Source: Fidelibacterota bacterium (GTDB lineage Bacteria > Fidelibacterota > Marinisomatia > Marinisomatales > TCS56). Taken from it: a DNA stretch of 64,000 bases. Shown here piece after piece: positions 57,950 through 64,000 of the stretch (positions are counted from its first letter, which is position 1; every line of letters begins with the position of its first letter). The notes below the pieces were generated by a model. It saw only the letters and a list, made by a program, of their open reading frames with translations, did not search any database and was not told the origin of the DNA. The translations under genes and the position numbers were made by a program. Location of the stretch: the NCBI GenBank assembly GCA_043822705.1, contig JBDRBK010000082.1, positions 1 through 64,000 on the forward strand, in the 5' to 3' direction.

Positions 57950-58073
57950 TGGAAAAAAGGTGACTCAATCAAGTGTCACTAATTGCTGCCCTGAGTTCAA
58001 ATAATGTGTAATTTTGCTGGCTCCAATGGACGATTGTATTACAATCACAAGCAAATGAAATGGCAGGTAGATT

Positions 58074-59089
58074 ATGAGTAAACCAGTGAAAATTGGATTA
58101 GTCGGGTTTGGCCGGATCGGACGCAATCTGTATCGGATTGGGTATAATAATCCCAATTATCAGTTTGTCGCCATCAGCGATATCGGCCAGCCTGAAGCAC
58201 TTCACTATCTTCTCATGCGCGATTCCGTGCACGGACCAATGCCGGAAAAGGCCATATTAGAAGATAACCATCTGATTCTGGGAGCGCAGAAATCCCGGAT
58301 TCTCAAGGGTGGCAATCCCGGCGACATTCCCTGGGATGCATATGACGTTGATGTCGTGATTGACGCCACCGGCAAATTTCGGGAAAGAGCCGTTCTGCAG
58401 AAACATCTGGATGAAGGGGCCAAGCGCGTAATTATAACCGTACCGCCAATAGACGAAATCGATCGGATAGTGGTGGTCGGCGTTAACGAGAAAGATATAT
58501 CAATCAACGACAAGCTGGTTACGTGTACTTCGTCCACGGTTCATGTTTTGGCGCTGATGCTGAAAATCCTGGATGCCGAATACGGGGTCCGGCGCGCCAT
58601 GATGACCACCGTTCACGCCTATACATCCGATCAGCCTCTGGCCGATACGGCCCATTCGGACCTGCGCCGCAGCCGCTCGGCGGTTGAGAATATCATTCCC
58701 AACCAGACCTGGGCGCCGGGCATCGTGGAAAAAATCCTGCCCAAGTTCAAAGGCAAGCTGGATGGCATCGCCTTCAATGTTCCGGTCGCTGATGGCTCCT
58801 GCATCGATCTGACCGCCGAACTGGATAAAGTGCCGACCATCGATGAACTGAACGCCGCCGTCAAGTGTGCTTCGCTGGGCGAATTGGCCGGTATCGTCGG
58901 CTACACCGACGATCCGATCGTTTCCGGTGACGTCATCGGTATCCGCGAAACGCTGATCCACGACGCCAGGGCCACTATGGTCATCAACAATAAACTGGTC
59001 AAGACGGTCAGTTGGTTCGATAACGGCTGGGGCTATTCCAAGCGGATTCTGGAAACCATCGATGCCTACCAGCGTCTGGAGGTGAAATC

Positions 59090-59093
<4 letters not shown>
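58074..59093 (+). CDS. GAPDH-like protein lacking the catalytic cysteine
   Basis: GFGRIGR, DATGKF, TTVHAYTSDQ, RRSRSA.ENIIP, WFDNGWGY; active-site segment reads CTSSTVHVLA instead of NASCTTNCLA. Confidence 0.85.
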
Positions 59094-60091
<998 letters not shown>

Positions 60092-60119
60092 GCCGGAACG
60101 ACAAGATAATCGACTTGGA

Positions 60120-60147
60120 AAGAGGCTGCCACTGGCGGCCTCTTTTT
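60120..60147. terminator. Intrinsic terminator between convergent genes
   Basis: AAGAGGCTGCC-ACT-GGCGGCCTCTTTTT. Confidence 0.7.
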
Positions 60148-62098
60148 ATATCAGTAATTCTGGCAGGTCGCGGTAGAGGTCCAGCGCCGCGGGATTGGCC
60201 AGGGCGTCGCGGTTGATCACATCCTGGCCGGCGATAATCTGTTTGACGGCGATTTCCACTTTCTTACCATTGATCGTATAAGGGATATCGGCTGTTTCCA
60301 GAATTTTAGCCGGCACGTGGCGGGGACTGCAACCGCTGCGGATGGCGCTTCGCAGCGTCCGTTCCAGTTCTTCGTCCAGCCGGTAGCCGGCGGCCAGTTT
60401 CACGAACAGGATCACCCGTTCGTCAGCCTGCCAGGGCTGACCAACCACCAGACTGTCGGTCACGCCCGGCACCTGCTCCACCAAGCGGTAGATTTCCGAG
60501 CTGCCGATCCGCACGCCGCCGGGATTGAGCGTGGCGTCGCTGCGGCCCAACATGGTCACCCCGCCGTGCTCGCTGATGATGATATAATCGCCGTGGTGCC
60601 AGACGCCGGGGTAGCTTTCGAAATAGGCCGACCGGTATTTCGATCCATCGGGATCGTTCCAGAAACGGACCGGCATCGACGGGAACGGTTTGCGGCAGAC
60701 CAGCTCGCCGCGCCGGCCGATCAGCGGCTGCCCTGCCGCATCGAAGGCGGCCACGTCCATGCCCAGTCCCCGACACTGGATTTCGCCGCGGTGGACCGGC
60801 AGGGTGGGGTTGCCCAGCACGAAGCAGGAGATGATATCGGTTCCGCCGGCGATCGAGCTGAGCATTACGTCATTCTTGATATCCCGGTAAACATAATCGA
60901 AGCATTCCGGTGCCAGCGGCGAGCCGGTGGACAGGATCGCCCGCAACCGTTCCAGTTTGAAGTGCTGACGGGGCCGGATTCCCGCCGCCTGGCAACTGGC
61001 CAGATATTTGGCGCTGGTGCCGAAGACGGTAATCCCCAGCCGCTCGGTCATCTCCCACAGGTAGTTGCCGTCGGGGTGGAAGGGCGAACCGTCGTACAGT
61101 ACCACCGTGGCGCCCACCGCCAGTGACGACATCAGCCAGTTCCACATCATCCAGCCGCAGGTTGTGAAATAGAAGATCGTATCATCGCGGGTCAGGTCGG
61201 TGTGCAGGCGCAGTTCCTTCAAATGCTGCAACAGGGTGCCGCCGGCGCCGTGGACGATCGACTTCGGCAGGCCGGTCGTGCCCGAAGAATACATGATATA
61301 CAGGGGGTGATCGAAAGGTAATTGCTGAAAAACCAGCTCCGCTGCCGGTGCGCCGGCCAGAAAATCATTGTAATTGACGGCCTTTTCAATGGCGGTCAGA
61401 TCGGGCCGGGGACTCAGGTAGGGGTAAACCACCACTTTCTCCAGATCGGGCAGGCTGGCGACGATTTTTTCCAGTTTGGCGAGAGTGGGGAATTCCCGGC
61501 CATTGTAATAATAACCATCGGCGGCAAATAAAACTTTCGGTGCGATCTGGCTGAAGCGGTCCAGGACGCCCTTGCTGCCAAAATCCGGTGATGATGAGCT
61601 CCAGACCGCCCCGATCGCGGCCGCCGCCAGCATCGCTGTGACGGCGAAGGGCAGATTGGACACGAAGCCGGCGACCCGGTCCCCGGCCACGACCCCCTGC
61701 GCCCGCAGGGCGGTGGCCAGCCGGGCGACTTCGCCGTATAGTTCGCGATAGCTGATTGAATGGGGCGCACGGTCTTCACCCTGGAATATCAGTGCCGGCC
61801 GGTCATCGCGGTAGTGTAGCAGGTTTTCGGCGAAATTGAGCCGGGTGCCGGCGAACCAGGCGGCTCCGGGCATCCGCGTTGGATCGTCCACGATAGTCGC
61901 AGGCGGTGCCGAATGAATGATGTCGAAATAGTCCCAGGCGGCCGACCAGAAATCGGCAATATTGTTAACCGACCAGGCGTGCAGTTCGGCGTAATCGCCG
62001 CAGTCCACCCGGTAGCGGGCGTTGATCCGCCGGCGGAAATGATCCAGTTGCGTGGCCTGGGCCGCGGTGGCGGACGGCGTCCATAATGGTGTTGACAT
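60146..62098 (-). CDS. Acetoacetate-CoA ligase
   Basis: LNFAENLL; SSSPDFG; YSSGTTGLPK.IVH; FYFTTCGWMMWNW; PFPSMP..FW.D; GRSDATLNPGGVRIG. Confidence 0.93.
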   Translation of the reverse strand: MSTPLWTPSATAAQATQLDHFRRRINARYRVDCGDYAELHAWSVNNIADFWSAAWDYFDIIHSAPPATIVDDPTRMPGAAWFAGTRLNFAENLLHYRDDRPALIFQGEDRAPHSISYRELYGEVARLATALRAQGVVAGDRVAGFVSNLPFAVTAMLAAAAIGAVWSSSSPDFGSKGVLDRFSQIAPKVLFAADGYYYNGREFPTLAKLEKIVASLPDLEKVVVYPYLSPRPDLTAIEKAVNYNDFLAGAPAAELVFQQLPFDHPLYIMYSSGTTGLPKSIVHGAGGTLLQHLKELRLHTDLTRDDTIFYFTTCGWMMWNWLMSSLAVGATVVLYDGSPFHPDGNYLWEMTERLGITVFGTSAKYLASCQAAGIRPRQHFKLERLRAILSTGSPLAPECFDYVYRDIKNDVMLSSIAGGTDIISCFVLGNPTLPVHRGEIQCRGLGMDVAAFDAAGQPLIGRRGELVCRKPFPSMPVRFWNDPDGSKYRSAYFESYPGVWHHGDYIIISEHGGVTMLGRSDATLNPGGVRIGSSEIYRLVEQVPGVTDSLVVGQPWQADERVILFVKLAAGYRLDEELERTLRSAIRSGCSPRHVPAKILETADIPYTINGKKVEIAVKQIIAGQDVINRDALANPAALDLYRDLPELLI

Positions 62099-62173
62099 AT
62101 GCTGATCCCCTCCTTAAAAAATACACAACCCGGCCGGATATAGTCACGCGCTTATTGCCGGGTCCGTGGCAGG

Positions 62174-63256
62174 CTAACGGTCCTTTTTATAGTGTTTCAT
62201 TACAGACTTAACATATTTGCCAAACTGTTTATCCTTGCGCCTTTTTTCAAGGTAGGACATTTCATTGAAGGTTGCTTCCCGGTTCATTTTAATATAATTC
62301 TGATATCGTTGCTCTGACAGTTGACCGTTTTCCACGGCGCTTAAAACCGCGCAGCCTTGCTCATTCACATGCTTGCAGTCGTTGAATCGACAATTATCCG
62401 CCAGTGCGGCGATTTCCGGAAAGGTTTCAGCGAGGCCTGAATCTACCGAGAAATTACCCAGTTCCCGCATCCCCGGCGTATCCACCAGCATTGCGCCGCC
62501 GGCTAATTTTAGCAGTTGCCGGGAAGTAGTGGCGTGCCTGCCCCGGCTGTCTTTTTCACGAATAGTTTTTGTTTTAAACAGGGATTCACCCACAAGATTA
62601 TTCAGCAGGGTCGTCTTGCCGACGCCGGAAGAACCCAACAGGCAGAAAGTATGTCCGGGGACCAGCAGGTCGTGGACGATTTTCAGGTCGGATTGAATAT
62701 TATTGCTGAATGCCCGTACCGGCAGCTGGGGCATCAGTCTATCAATTTCATCGATCCGATCAGCTATCGCTTCCGGCTTGAGCAGATCGCTTTTACTCAA
62801 TAAAACCACCGGTCGGATATTGCTTTCATTGACCATAACCAGGTAGCGCTCGAGGCGCCGGAGATTGAAATTATCGTCCAGGGACTGGATGATAAAGGCC
62901 GTATCGATATTAGCGGCGATCAATTGAAAATCGACTTTTTTGCCCGGCGTCTTTCTTTTGAGCAGCGACTTGCGAGGCAATATCTCATGAATTATCGAAA
63001 AGGTGTTCTGATCATAATAATTGGCCAGTACCCAGTCGCCGATGGTTGGGTAATCAAGCGGCGAATCGGCGCTGAATAGTATTTTCCCGACCAGCTCTGC
63101 GTTGACATCGGACGCGCCATTGTTGATCGTATAGCTGTCCTTATGGACGGCCACCACCCGCGCGATTTCAAACCCGGCCAGTCGCTCAGGATCGACATTA
63201 TCCCGGAACCATTGATCAAAGCCGAGTTGTTCAATTTCCACTGGTAGGTTGTTCAT
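62174..63256 (-). CDS. rsgA: Ribosome small subunit-dependent GTPase A
   Basis: GDWV; AANID; RLERYL; GSSGVGKTTL; GRHATT; DTPGMRE; CRFNDCKH..E.GCAV. Confidence 0.92.
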   Translation of the reverse strand: MNNLPVEIEQLGFDQWFRDNVDPERLAGFEIARVVAVHKDSYTINNGASDVNAELVGKILFSADSPLDYPTIGDWVLANYYDQNTFSIIHEILPRKSLLKRKTPGKKVDFQLIAANIDTAFIIQSLDDNFNLRRLERYLVMVNESNIRPVVLLSKSDLLKPEAIADRIDEIDRLMPQLPVRAFSNNIQSDLKIVHDLLVPGHTFCLLGSSGVGKTTLLNNLVGESLFKTKTIREKDSRGRHATTSRQLLKLAGGAMLVDTPGMRELGNFSVDSGLAETFPEIAALADNCRFNDCKHVNEQGCAVLSAVENGQLSEQRYQNYIKMNREATFNEMSYLEKRRKDKQFGKYVKSVMKHYKKDR

Positions 63257-63405
63257 GGATAACCGTAAGGGTGTTTGTATTCTGATTCGTAGTGATCGTT
63301 GATCAGCAGATTGCTATAATGATTGCGTTATTCGCTGATTTCTTCCTCGGAAAATTAACAATCCGGCCGAATATTGTCATGCGCTTATTGCCGGGGTTGC
63401 TTATA

Positions 63406-63627
63406 CACCTGGGGAAGGGCATATCCCCGCTGTACTATTGTCCGGTTCACCTAGGGAAGGGCATATCCCCGCTGTACTATTGTCCGGTTCACCTGGGGAA
63501 GGGCATATCCCCGCTGTACTATTGTCCGGTACATCTGGGGACGGGCATATCCCTGCTGTACCATTGTCCGGTCCACCAGGGGAAGGGCATATCCCTGCTG
63601 TACTATTGTCCGGTCCATCTGGGGAAG
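63406..63627. repeat. 42-bp tandem repeat, about 5.3 copies
   Basis: Unit CACCTGGGGAAGGGCATATCCCCGCTGTACTATTGTCCGGTT at 63406, 63448, 63490, 63532, 63574, partial at 63616; no spacers. Confidence 0.95.
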
Positions 63628-63840
63628 CCGTTCCCCGATATGGATTATTCCTTTCCCCGGATATTTCAGGCTATATTTCGTTCGAGTCACTTTTTGCGAA
63701 TAGTAACTAATTGCCAAGCGTGGCCGCCGGGTAATCGGTTCCGCGATTAATAATCCGCTGCTGATGATTTATATCATGCAATATTCATTCTGTGTTAAAT
63801 TTTCCATCTGTGATTTGGTTAATAAAACTCAATTGGTGAC

Positions 63841-64000
63841 ATGATGAAAATAGCCTTTTTAACCGCCGGCGGAATCGCCCCCTGCCTGTCCGCCTCGATC
63901 GGCGCCCTGATCCAGAAATACAACCAACTGGCCCCGGAGGCCGAACTGATCGGCTACCTGAACGGCTACCAGGGCCTGCTGCTGGGTAAAAGCATTGTTT
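63841..64000 (+). CDS. pfp: Pyrophosphate-dependent phosphofructokinase (3'-truncated by window edge)
   Basis: Manual translation MMKIAFLTAGGIAPCLSASIGALIQKYNQLAPEAELIGYLNGYQGLLLG; matches the LTAGG.APCLS N-terminus of PPi-PFK. Confidence 0.82.
   Translation, partial: MMKIAFLTAGGIAPCLSASIGALIQKYNQLAPEAELIGYLNGYQGLLLGKSIV

Noticed and set aside
60317..61126. Long antisense ORFs (also 21631-22344, 59066-59659, and the out-of-frame 129-719)
   Set aside because: Shadow frames of GC-rich bona fide genes
63406..63627. CRISPR array
   Set aside because: Units are contiguous with no unique spacers, and no cas genes are in the window
63292..63750. 152-aa ORF and other ORFs through the repeat
   Set aside because: Open frames are explained by the 42-bp unit; no SD or recognisable domain

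Overview
Bacterial window in genetic code 11, most likely from a non-Bacteroidota FCB-group lineage such as Marinisomatota, KSB1 or Calditrichota. That placement is inferred from the PorV-like barrels, CarboxypepD-type TonB-dependent receptors (TBDRs), NYPNPFNP C-terminal domains and strong SD sites. In order, the window holds: (1) the end of a CusA/CzcA metal-efflux operon with a CPM-motif lipoprotein, then an unannotated 80-codon HMA-fold ORF whose CxxC positions are both TGA (candidate UxxU selenoprotein); (2) FabK/NMO, DUF5916, YbaK and BCAM0308-like genes; (3) two LytS kinases plus a LytTR regulator, divergent from a large + strand region; (4) in that region, three TBDR / PNP-CTD surface protein / PorV-like cassettes, with a non-pyrrolysine MttB plus split methionine-synthase cluster between cassettes 1 and 2; (5) secreted peptidoglycan-active enzymes (two Amidase_3, one GHL10/DigH-like) with TolB-like partners and a catalytically degenerate YiiX-like lipoprotein; (6) htpG, a Cys-to-Ser GAPDH paralog coupled to canonical gap, acetoacetate-CoA ligase, rsgA, a 42-bp tandem repeat and the start of a PPi-dependent phosphofructokinase. 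No rRNA, tRNA, CRISPR or transposase was recognised. All family calls come from motifs read by eye; no searches were run.
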